From Mobula hypostoma (lineage: Eukaryota): a stretch of DNA of 64,000 nt. Within the stretch, counting starts at the first letter, position 1, and each line of letters starts with the position of its first letter. Below, one piece after another: positions 38,186 through 48,466 of the stretch. Both the position numbers and the translations under genes were made by a program. The notes below the pieces were generated by a model. The model was not told the DNA's origin and did not search any database. It was given only the letters and a program-made list of their open reading frames with translations. The DNA is taken from NCBI RefSeq assembly GCF_963921235.1, contig NC_086107.1, positions 111,540,001-111,604,000 of the forward strand, read 5' to 3'.

Positions 38186-39639
38186 TTGGAATGTGAACGG
38201 GCTGAGGAATTAAAATGGGAAGGTGAATTGTCTCAGCCTGAAACATCGACGGTTTATTCCCACCTATAGATGCTGCCTGACCTGCTGAGCTCCTCCAGCA
38301 CATTGTGCGTATCGCTCTAGATTCCCAGCATCCGCAGAATCTCTCGTGTTTATAATTTGGGAAACTGCTCAAGTACTATTTGCAGTTTTGGTGTGCCCAT
38401 CACAGGCAGAACACAGGAAAGGTTAATTGAAAACTAAAGAAACATTGTGCATGTTGCAAATCCAAAAATGAAAGCAGAATATGACAGGAAAACTCAACGG
38501 TGATGGATAGAGAAACGACAACACCATTTTAGGTCGATGGCCCTTCATTAAAATAAGCTTAGAAAGCAGAGCAGGAAACTGTGGGGTGTAAACCGAACAA
38601 GTGGAAGATCTGATAGGTTGCAGAGGTGTACCACGATTTACAGAGTCATCTGTTTTATAGATTAATGAGGGTTAGACACAGAACAAATGGGCACCACAGT
38701 GGGATTAGCAGTTCTGCCTCTTCTCCTTTTGCCCATTACTCTGCTGGCATTTAGGGCAGCAATGAGGGCTCCCCATTTCTGGTGGCGTTCACGGCTTCCT
38801 TCATCATGTCAGTAGCTTCCTCTCAGCTTTCACTACTGTCAGCCACGCAAGTCCCAGGTGGAGGCTCAGGAATACCGCCACACTCAGATGTAGAAGGAGT
38901 TTCCGTAACAGTTGTGTTTGACCAGTTAGCATTGTCAGCCCTGTGCCGAACCCCCAAAACTGGAGGAGCAGTGGACCACTCTTAGTCTGGCCTCTACGCT
39001 TTGACCTGTTTGGCATGGGTGACCCTACCAAGAGCCAAAGCATAAAGCCCTGACTCCAGCCAACATCGCTCTCCGGGTCATTGAGGTACACAAGCCTCCA
39101 AACCCAACAACAAATTTGTGGTCCTCTTGGAGGACAGTAGCAGTTAGCGTGACGCTATTACAGCTTGGGGCGTCAGAGTTCATAGTTCAATCCTGGTGTC
39201 CTCTGTAAGGGGTCTCTGTACGTCCTTCCTGTGGAATGAGCGGGCATCCTTCCACAGTTCAAAGAGATACTGGTTAATAGGTAAATTTTCCCATGATTTG
39301 GTCAGAGTTACTCGGAGATTGCCGGGCGGGACTGGAAGGACCTAGTCCACATTGTATCTCTAAATGAGTAAATTATAAATAAATAAGTAAACACATCAAG
39401 CTGAGAAATCAAGTCAGAGCGACTGCAAGAACTTGAAACCAAAAGGAGATTGTTGGAAATTCCCAGCAGGTCAGGTGGTGTCTGAGGAGAGCGATTATCA
39501 TAGATAATTTGATCTGGGCATATTGGAGACTTTATGACTCAATAACAAACAGGACGATCCCATCTTAGTTTCTTTTTCTGTTTGTATCATAAGCGACTTT
39601 CTGCCTTCAAGCATTTGCATACCTCCCGTCACTTAATCA

Positions 39640-40345
39640 TCGCAGGCGGCCAAAGTGCTACGCCTCCACCCTCACCTCCGTTCAGGTCCCCAAACAGTCC
39701 AGGTGGGCAACACTTCACCTGCAAATTTGTTGGGGTGGTCTATTGTGTCCGATAGTCCTGACACGGCCTTCTCTACATTGGTGAGCCTTGTTGTGAATTG
39801 GGGGTGGGGCACTTTGCTGAGCACTTCCGAGCCATCTGCCGAAAGCAGTACCTCCCAGTAGCCATACATTTTAATTCTGATTCCCATTCCTGTTCCAACA
39901 TGTTAGTCCATGGCCCCATCTTGCCACAAGAGGAGGCCACCCTCAGGGTGAAGAAGCAACATCTTATATTCCAGCTGGGTAGCCTCCAACTTGATGGCAT
40001 GAATGTCCATTTCTCCTTCTGGTAAAAATAACTTTCCCTCACCCCTCCCCTCTTCTGCTATTCCCCACTCTGACGTCTTACCTCTTCTCACCTGTCTATC
40101 ACCTCCCCCGGGGTCCCCTCCCCCTTTCGTTTTGCCTATGGTCCACTCTCCTCTCCTATCAGATTCCTCCCTCTCTAGGGCTTTTCATCTCTTACCCACT
40201 TGACTTCACCTTCTCGCTATCCCCCTTCCCCTTCCTCCACCTCTTTGTTCTGGTGTTTTCCCCCTTCCTTTCCAGTCCTGAAGAAGGGTCTCGGCCCAGA
40301 ATATCGACCATAGGTGCTGTTTGACTTGCTGAGTTCCTCCAGCAT
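39640..40345 (+). mobile_element. Penelope-like retroelement fragment: GIY-YIG endonuclease remnant plus pLTR with hammerhead-like motif (40273-40308); related pieces at ~9740-9903, 14480-15460, 37265-37530, 41945-42383, 43120-43990
   Basis: From 39711: HFTCKFVGVVYCVR*S*HGLLYIGE (GIY-YIG-like), then FAEH..., PVAIHFNS, HLIFQLGSLQLDGMN; downstream cagtcctgaagaagggtctcggccc. Confidence 0.85.
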
Positions 40346-40524
40346 TTGTGTGTGTGTTACATGTCCCTACACCTTTTTTCTTTAGTCCACCTGCCCTCAT
40401 TATCCTATAAAACAAACATGTACAGATTGGCTGATGACACCACTGTTGTTGGACAGGTCACAGGTGTCAAAGAATCAGTGTAGAGGGGTGAGAGAGGCAC
40501 CTGGATGAGTGATGCCACAACAAC

Positions 40525-40727
40525 CTCCCTCCCTCTCCTTCTCTCTCCCTCCCTCTCTCTCTCTCTCTCCCTCTCTCTCTCTCTCCCTCTCTCCCTCTCT
40601 CTCTCTCCCTCACTCTCTCTCTCCCTCTCTCTCTCTCTCCCTCTCTCTCTCCCTCTCTCTCCTTCTCTCTCTCCCTCTCTCCCTCTCTCTCTCTCCCTCA
40701 CTCTCTCCCTCTCTCTCTCCCTCTCTC

Positions 40728-40763
<36 letters not shown>

Positions 40764-40807
40764 CCTCTCTCCCTCTCTCTCTCTCCCTCACTCTCTCTCT
40801 CCCTCTC

Positions 40808-40841
<34 letters not shown>

Positions 40842-40875
40842 CCTCTCTCTCCCTCTCTCTCTCTCTCCCTCTCTC

Positions 40876-40906
<31 letters not shown>

Positions 40907-40979
40907 CCCTCTCTCCCTCTCTCTCTCTCTCACTCTCTCTCTCTCTCTCTCTCTCTCCCTCTCTCTCCCTCTCTCTCCC

Positions 40980-41023
<44 letters not shown>

Positions 41024-41086
41024 CCTCTCTCTCTCTTTCTCTCTCTCTCTCTCCCTCCCTCTCTCTCTCTTTCTCTCTCCCCCTCC

Positions 41087-41122
<36 letters not shown>

Positions 41123-41137
41123 TTCTCCCTCTCTCTC
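40525..41137. repeat. ~610-bp (CT)n-rich polypyrimidine tract
   Basis: Directly visible; accounts for the SLSLSL/RERERE ORFs. Confidence 0.97.
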
Positions 41138-43167
41138 AACTTCAGTAAAAATAAAGAACAGATTGTTGACTCAGAAAGGGGAAGGTGGATGAACATATGC
41201 CAGACTACATTGGAAGTCGGCAGTGGAAAAGGTCGGTAGCTTTAAATTCTGGACGTTACCATAACGGAAGACTCCATTTTGATTCCGTGAGTCACCGAGG
41301 AAGATCGAGACACCGAGGCGAATGCGGAAGGCGAGCAAGACTTTGGCGGCGACTGCCAGCCTTTCGATCGCTGCCAGAGAAGGAGACTGTGAACACTATA
41401 TTGCTGTGTGGCTTGCGGATAGGCCTCTCTGCGTTCGTGTGGTGACCCTCTCTTTTGATGATGTTGGTAATGTCGGAGGATGCTACCGTGGTTCTATGTT
41501 TAATCTTGGACAATTGCGTTTAAGGACTGTGAACCATTTCTGTCTTATGATTTTTATACTCTCTAATTTTTGCCTGTTCCTTTTCCATTTTGTTGTGCCA
41601 CGGGGAACAGGTTTGGGGGAGTTGATGCTCTTGTTGTGTCCTGTACAACAACTGCACCACTTGACCATGTCTGCACGCTTTCATACATTGAGCTGCTGCC
41701 ACGTGATTAGTTGATTGGACGAGCAGGTTTACAGGGGCACCTAATACAGTGCAAGCTGGTGTACTTGTACCTCCCAGCAGTTTGCCTGCTACCTCCATTT
41801 CTGTGTCAGATTGTTCAGAGTTCCTCCCTTTGCACATTTCAGTATGTCCCACAGCTGGAACATCACTGAATTCCTCGCAGCAGAAATGACAGTTCTAGTC
41901 AGAAAGCAATTTCCCCTCAGAAACAAGGGCAACCTGTTCACAAACACATATTGGAAATCCAAAGCAACACACAAAAAAATGCTGGAGGAACTCAATAGGT
42001 CAGGAAGCATCTACTGAAATGAACCAACTGGCAGCGTTTCGAGCCAAGACCGTTTATCGGGACGGGAAAGGTGCCAGAAAAAGAAAGTTGGGACAAGGGG
42101 AGAAAGACAAGCTAGAAAGTGATAGGTGAATTCATGTGGATGGGGAAGGGGATGAAATAAGAAGCTGGGAGCTGATAGGTGGAAAAGGTAAAGGACCAGA
42201 GAAGAAGGAATCTGATAGGAGGGGAGAGTGGACCGTGGGACAAGGAGAAGTTGTGGGGCACTGGGGGCGGGGAGGGGGTGTGATAGGCAAGTGAGAAGAA
42301 GAGGTAAGAGGATGGCCAGAGTGGGGAAAGGAAGGATAGAGAAGGGAGAGAGGGAAGAAAATGGAAAAATCAATGTCCATACCTGTCACAATGTGCGCTG
42401 GCAATGTCAGAACCCAAGTGCAGAGGAAAGAAAGACCCCATTGTAGAGACAGTGACCAGAGATTATCCATAAGGATTCCAACAGAACATCAGCGGATTGG
42501 CCAAGCAACACCGTGAGACATAAAACATTCTCAAAACCGGGACCCTATGATTAGCTTTAATCAGGCGTCCATTAAATAATACAAGTAACGCAGAGTCCTC
42601 GAGCCTATATCAAAATAAACTTAACAGAAGGCATCACAAAGAGTGAGTGGCTCAAGAGAAAAACATGAGGAACTCTAAACGATTAGTCACCCTCGTTAAA
42701 CAACAATTAACCATTCAGATGCTCTTAAAAACCTTGGAGCCCAGTACTGTCTTCTCCCCGTACTAGCCTGAAGAGCTCATTGCAATACCTGTTCACAATT
42801 GCAACTTGGATGGACAGTACTGCATTAGTAATCCCAGACTCTGTTTTAGTGATGCAGGGCTGAAAGTTCCAGTCCCATGATGAAGCTTGGGAAGTACAAA
42901 TCAACAAACTAATGCACAGTGAGTGTTCGACAGCCTTCTTTCTTTCACAGGTTTTTTTTTGGGTTCTTTGTTTCACGGCTGGCTGTTGGGATACGAATCT
43001 GAAGGTTGTATTATGCATACATACTTTGATGATAAATGTACTTTGAACTTTGAAATTTTAAAGACTAATGCTAGTCTGTAAAATATGGGATTGTTGTAGA
43101 AATCTAGCTGATTCATAACTACAAGAGATTCTGCAGAGGCTGGAAGGATGTAAGAGGAAATCAGCAG

Positions 43168-43484
43168 CAACGTTCCCTATAAATTTTTTTCACAGTTGCT
43201 CTGAACAGGAAATTTTTACATGGCTTGAAAACTCAGTGACACTTTTTCTTTGTAATATGCACGCTATGAATATTTAGAATGAAAATTGAAAAATCTCATA
43301 CTTGTCATTTTATTTATTAATTGAAGGGTATAATGAAATAAAGTACACCAAAGAAAATTTTTTACGTTGTGTAGATTTATTTTCGCCTGTCTTTATTCCA
43401 GCGCTGCAGCAACAAAGGCTATGTATGTGGGAGCATTTTAGTTAGTTCGCGGCCACGTACCTGTGCCGCTTAGAGGGAACGGTG
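43168..43484 (-). mobile_element. hAT MITE, same family as 8466-9919
   Basis: TIR caacgttccctataa / ttagagggaacggtg; 8-bp TSD atcagcag/ctcagtag; ~43200-43300 is the reverse complement of ~9500-9610. Confidence 0.85.
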
Positions 43485-44086
43485 CTCAGTAGGTCAGGGA
43501 ACATCTATGGAAAGGAAATAAACAGGCCGAGGCCCTTCATCCGTACTTGAAAGGGAGGAAAACGCCAGAAAAGGAAGACTGGGGGAGGGGGAGGAGTACA
43601 AGCTGGAAGGTGAAGGTTGAGACCGGGTGAGGCGGGGGGAATGAAGTGAGAAGCTGGGAGGTGTTAGGTGGATAAGGTGAGGGGCTGAAGAAGAAGGAAT
43701 CTGATAGGAGAAGAGAGTGGACCATGGGAGGAAGGGTAGGAGGAGAGGCACCAGTGATGATAAGCAGGTGAGGAGAAGAAGGGAGCCAGAATGGGGAAAG
43801 GAAGAGGAGAGAAGGGGGGTGGTTGAGAAATTGCCAGAAGCTGGAGATACTGATGCTCATGCTGTCATTTTGGAGGCTACCCACATGGAATATGAGATGT
43901 TGATCCTCCAACCTGAGAGCGGCCTCATTGTGCCAGTAGAGGATGCCAAGTCGGAATGGGAAAAAAGGGAAAGGAATTGAAATGGTTAGGCCTGATTTAC
44001 AATGGTATCTAAGCAGCAGACACTGTTGACTTTATGAAAGCTGACTGTATGCAGCTCCAGGCCTACTTTAATGCAATTAATTTAAC

Positions 44087-44669
44087 GGAGGCCCTCCATT
44101 GATCAGGGTCGACCATGGGTATTGTGTCCTAGATGCCTTTGTGATACGCAAGCCGGGACAGTACGATATGGAGAGCAAGCTGTTGCCCGTGCAGCAGGCT
44201 CACCCCTCCATGCATCTGATGAATCCAGAGGAACGGCGGAGGTCGATACGGTTTGGCACCAGCGGCATCACGGGATTCGCCAGTCAGTGTCAAACTCAAT
44301 GTAGGGCTGCCTTAGAGACTCCGGCTGGGGATTTTGCCCTCCCTGTGAGTGGGTGTAGCTGCAAGGCAGTGGAGGTTGGAGATCAGAGTTTTCCTTCTCC
44401 TGGATCAGCTACCAACCATGGCTGACCAACCCCATCTGCCCAAGGCGATGGTTTTAAGGTGCCAGTAACCAACCTTTGCCCGTTCTCCTGTCAGTGGAAA
44501 CAGCTCTGCCAGACTTAGTAACTTGACACACGTGAAGGCCAGCAGCTGGACTTAGTTGACAGAGGCTATTTGAGACACACTCCACTGGAGAATTTAAGGG
44601 GTGGTGGGAACTTATCCTCTCTAACCCCTCCCTCCACCTCACCACCAGCTAGAACAACCTTAAGGAACC
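44087..44669 (-). mobile_element. Full-length RTE-type non-autonomous element starting GGTTCC
   Basis: TSD aattaatttaac (44075-44086)/aactaatttaac (44670-44681); homologous to 31898-32465. Confidence 0.82.
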
Positions 44670-45865
44670 AACTAATTTAACTAATTAATTTAAGTGAAAT
44701 TCACTTGCAAATTAAATCTGAGGCAGTAACCAATACCTCATCCTCATCTCTTTCTTTGAAAATCCCCATCACCCTCCCTCTGCAGCCAAAGTCCAGGGTG
44801 CTTTCCTTGCTGATCTCACCATTCCCAATCTAACCACATCATCAGTTGCAAGTGCCTCCTCATTCTCAGTTACTTGAACCTCCCCCACTTTCGTGGATCT
44901 TCTTGACCCGTTCATTACTTTCAACTTCTATCTTAACTCCCTTTGCCCACACACGTGGCCATCGTCATTTCTAGCATGTCATCTGATGGCTTAACTGACA
45001 GGAACTTGGAAGACCAATTCAATGCCCCACAGAACTTGTTCTAGCAACACAAATGTACTTTTCACATAGCCATCTTGGTTTACCATTCCACATGAATTTT
45101 CTGTGACCCCCCTCCTCTGCATTGAAGATTTCTGCAAAATGCCATCTATGCATCTAGCATGGCCTCTTCTGACTTTCTCGAAGCAATCCCCATGATGCCG
45201 GAGAAATTCTTCTCTCAGCTACCATCGTGCAGGAGGTACTGAAGCCTCAAGTCCCACACCACCAGTGGGACTTGGCAGTGTGGAGGAACTGAGAGATCTT
45301 GGGGCAGTGTGGAGGGATTGAGAGATCTTGGGGTCCGTGTCGATAGGACACTCAAAGCTGAAGTGCAGGTTGAGAGTGTTGTTAAGAAGACATATGATGT
45401 GTTGGCATTCATCAACCATGGGATTGGGTTCAAGAGCCGTGAGGTAATGCTACAGCTATATAAGACACTTGGAGTACTGTGTTCAGTTCTGGTCACCTCA
45501 TTACAGGAAGGATGTGGATACTATAGAGAGAGTGCAGAGGAGATTTACAAGGATGTTGCCTGAATTGGAGGGCATACCTTATGAGAATAGGTTGAGTGAA
45601 CTTGGCTTTTTCTCCTTGGAGCAATGGAGGATGAGAGGTGACCTGAGAGAGGTGTATAAGATGATGAGGGGCATTGATCATGTGGATAGCCAGAGGCTTT
45701 TTCCCAGGGCTGAAATGACTAACACGAAGGGGCATAGTTTTAACGTGCTTGGAAATAGAGGATGTCAGGGGCAAGGTTTTCACACGGAGAGTGGTGGGTG
45801 TGTGGAACGCACTGCCAACGGTGTTGGTGGAAGCAGATACAATAGGGGCTTATAAAAGGCATATA

Positions 45866-46275
45866 TGATAGGCAGCTGGGGGAGGAGGCAGAGTGACATA
45901 GGGATAGGGGAAGGGAGAGGGAGGGAATTACCGGAAGCCTATCACCTCCCTCATGGTTCCGCCTCCTTCTACTACCCGTTGTGTTTTCCCCTGTTCCTTC
46001 TTCACCTTTCCTGCCTATCCCCTCCCTGCTTCCCCTCCCCCACCCCTTTATCTTTCCCCTTACTGGTTTTTCACCTGGAACCTACCGGCCTTCTCCTTCC
46101 CACCCTCCCCCCACCTTCTTTATAGGGCCTCTGCCCCTTCCCTCTTCAGTCCTGACGAAGGGTTCCGGCCCGAAACGTCGACTGATCGTTTCCACGGATG
46201 CTGCCCGACCTGCTGAATTCCTCCAGCGTGTTGTGAGTGTTGCTTTGACCCCAGCATCTGCAGATTACTTTGTGT
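45866..46275 (+). mobile_element. Penelope-like pLTR fragment with inverted 5' segment
   Basis: 45866-45937 is inverted relative to 45937-46275 when compared with the copy at 29866-30340; shared 8-mer tgataggc/gcctatca. Confidence 0.8.
46146..46185 (+). ncRNA. Minimal type I hammerhead ribozyme motif (Penelope-associated)
   Basis: UCAGUC-CUGACGA-A-GGG(UUCCGG)CCC-GAA-ACGU-C-GACUGA: 6-bp stem I, full core, stem II, palindromic ACGU stem III, GUC cleavage triplet. Confidence 0.8.
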
Positions 46276-47838
46276 TCCTGAATCATGGAGCATGTGCCTT
46301 TTGGCTTCTTTACCTCCTTCCTGACGGTAGCAATGAGAAGAGGGCACATCCTGGGTGATGGGGGGCCGTTAATAATGGATGCCACTGTTGTGTGAGGCAC
46401 CGCTCCTTGAAGATGTCTTCGATGCTACAGAGTCTAGCACTCATGATGGAGCTGTTGAATTTTACGACTTTCTGTGGCTCCCTTCGATCCTGAGCAGTAG
46501 TAGCCCACCCCCAACCCGATACCTTACGGTGATGCCGCCAGTCAGAATGCTCCTCACAGTACATCTGTAGAAGTTTTTGAGTGGTTCAAGAGCAGATGAT
46601 TCCCTTCAACCATTCTTGAACCAACCTGCTGAGCCTCAGACCGCCTGATGAAGATTCAAAAGGGGTGACAGTCAGCGGCCAACTATGCGATCGAATTTTA
46701 GACCTTGGCCCAGGAGAGTGGTTGGAACAGGGAGGCCTTGGCCATGCTATACCGCCACAGACTCCAAGATGAACTGAAGGATGCCCTCACCTTGGGAGGG
46801 CTGGCAGAAAACTTAGAGGTTCTCACAGACCAATCCATCTGTCTTGATAATCGTCTGGCCAAGCGAAAGTGGGATCATTTCAGGTGGTTGAAGAGAGCCG
46901 GTCCAAGCCCGGTCCCTACACATCTCAGTTCCACTCCCCAACCTCGGGCCATCACCAGCCCGTCGCCTGTGCAAGATCCCGTCGAGCCCACGCAGGTTGG
47001 TTGCACTAGACCCTCCGCCGACGAGAGGTCTCGGTGTCGGAGTCAATGCTGCTTTTACTGTGGGGTAGCAGGTCACCTGCGGGCCGAATGTCTGAAGCTG
47101 CAGCCAGCTGGGGAACTGCTAAGTGTCAGGAGGGCTGTGGCAGTAGCAGCCACTATGCCCAATCCCATGGATCCTGGTTTTGTGCTGAAGGAGGAGTTCG
47201 CCTGGGGTAAGAACTTGAGGCCTTTGGGGGCAGCGAGTAATTCTCTGGATTTAGAAACCATCCCTCGGCTCGACATACCACTGCAAGATTTGAGCCAGTC
47301 ATTGCCCACTAGGTTCCAGGCAGATTCAGCAACAAACTGCAGAATTACAAATGGGGAAAGGGGATCATGTGGAAGACATTAGTTTCTACATTATTGACTC
47401 TCCACTCATCCCCCTGATCCTCAGGCACCCTTGGCTGTCCCAGCATAACCCATCCATGGATGGAGAGAGGGAAGAATCATCGCTTGGTCCAGACATTGTG
47501 AGAGGCTTTGTTTACAGCGTGGTGTTCTGACACCCAGACTCTTTGGTGTCCAACGACCTATAAGGGGTCAGCCTTCGGTGCAAGGAAGCCTAAGTCCTTC
47601 TGGAGACCTAGTCCAGTCCTCAAGAGCAGACAAGCCGGTTCTGACACAGGACAGTGCCAGTCCTGACACAGTCTAGTCATAATCCCACAGGACCCAGAGA
47701 GAGGGAATTTCTAGGTCAGGAGAAGTCCAAGGACATGCCAGGCAGTCTGGGAGACTTGCCGCTGAGCTGAAGGGAACCAGCTGCCAGGTCTTGAGGAAGG
47801 GAAAGTCTCCTTTACGCCGATCCCATAATCACATAATA

Positions 47839-48466
47839 GGCGGGAGGAGAAGATGGCAGTGCGCCACGCGTGCGGAGCTCTCCGGTGAAAAATGATGTCG
47901 TATCTGTTAAATAGGGGCTGTGGACAATTCTGATTTGATGGAGAGTGGACGTGAAAGCACAGAGGAACATCTGGAGAAATTTCTGAAACGCTTGTCCGCT
48001 ACTGTTGTTACTGTGTGGTCGGGAATCTTTCGGAGGGTAGGCCTCAAAATCCCCGGCCTTGCCTGCTTTTGGTGACCGAGAAGGAGGTCGAATCGTTCGG
48101 CAGAGATGCCGCTCAGCACTCGGTGTCGGAGAGCTGATCAGAGCTCAAAGTTTTCAGATGACTCAGAGTCGGATTGTGGTCGGCATGGCAGGGAGAGTTT
48201 TTCTTCCCTCTCCCGTCTGCGTGAGATGTGGGACATTTGAGAAACTTTGAACTTTACTGTACTCACGGACTTCTTCATCAAGTTATGGTATTGTTACACT
48301 GTTTGTAACTATATGTATGATTATGTGGTTTTGTCAGTTTTTTCAGTCTTGGTATGTCCTGTGTTTTGTGATATCACACCGGAGGAAATATTGTATCATT
48401 TCTTAATGCATGCATTACTAAATGACAATAAAAGGGGACTACGTGTCTTCATAATCTAATAATCTA
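47839..48466 (+). mobile_element. Non-autonomous LINE-tail element inserted in Gypsy pol
   Basis: Starts ggaggagaagatggc, ends aataaa...(taatc)n; interrupts the Gypsy sequence. Confidence 0.65.

Noticed and set aside
40405..41239. Long SLSLSL/RERERE ORFs (also 2513-2986)
   Set aside because: Translation of (CT)n microsatellites.
46705..47382. Possible domesticated gag gene (PEG10/RTL-like)
   Set aside because: Non-ATG start, in-frame stops just upstream, and embedded in a uniformly decayed Gypsy element.
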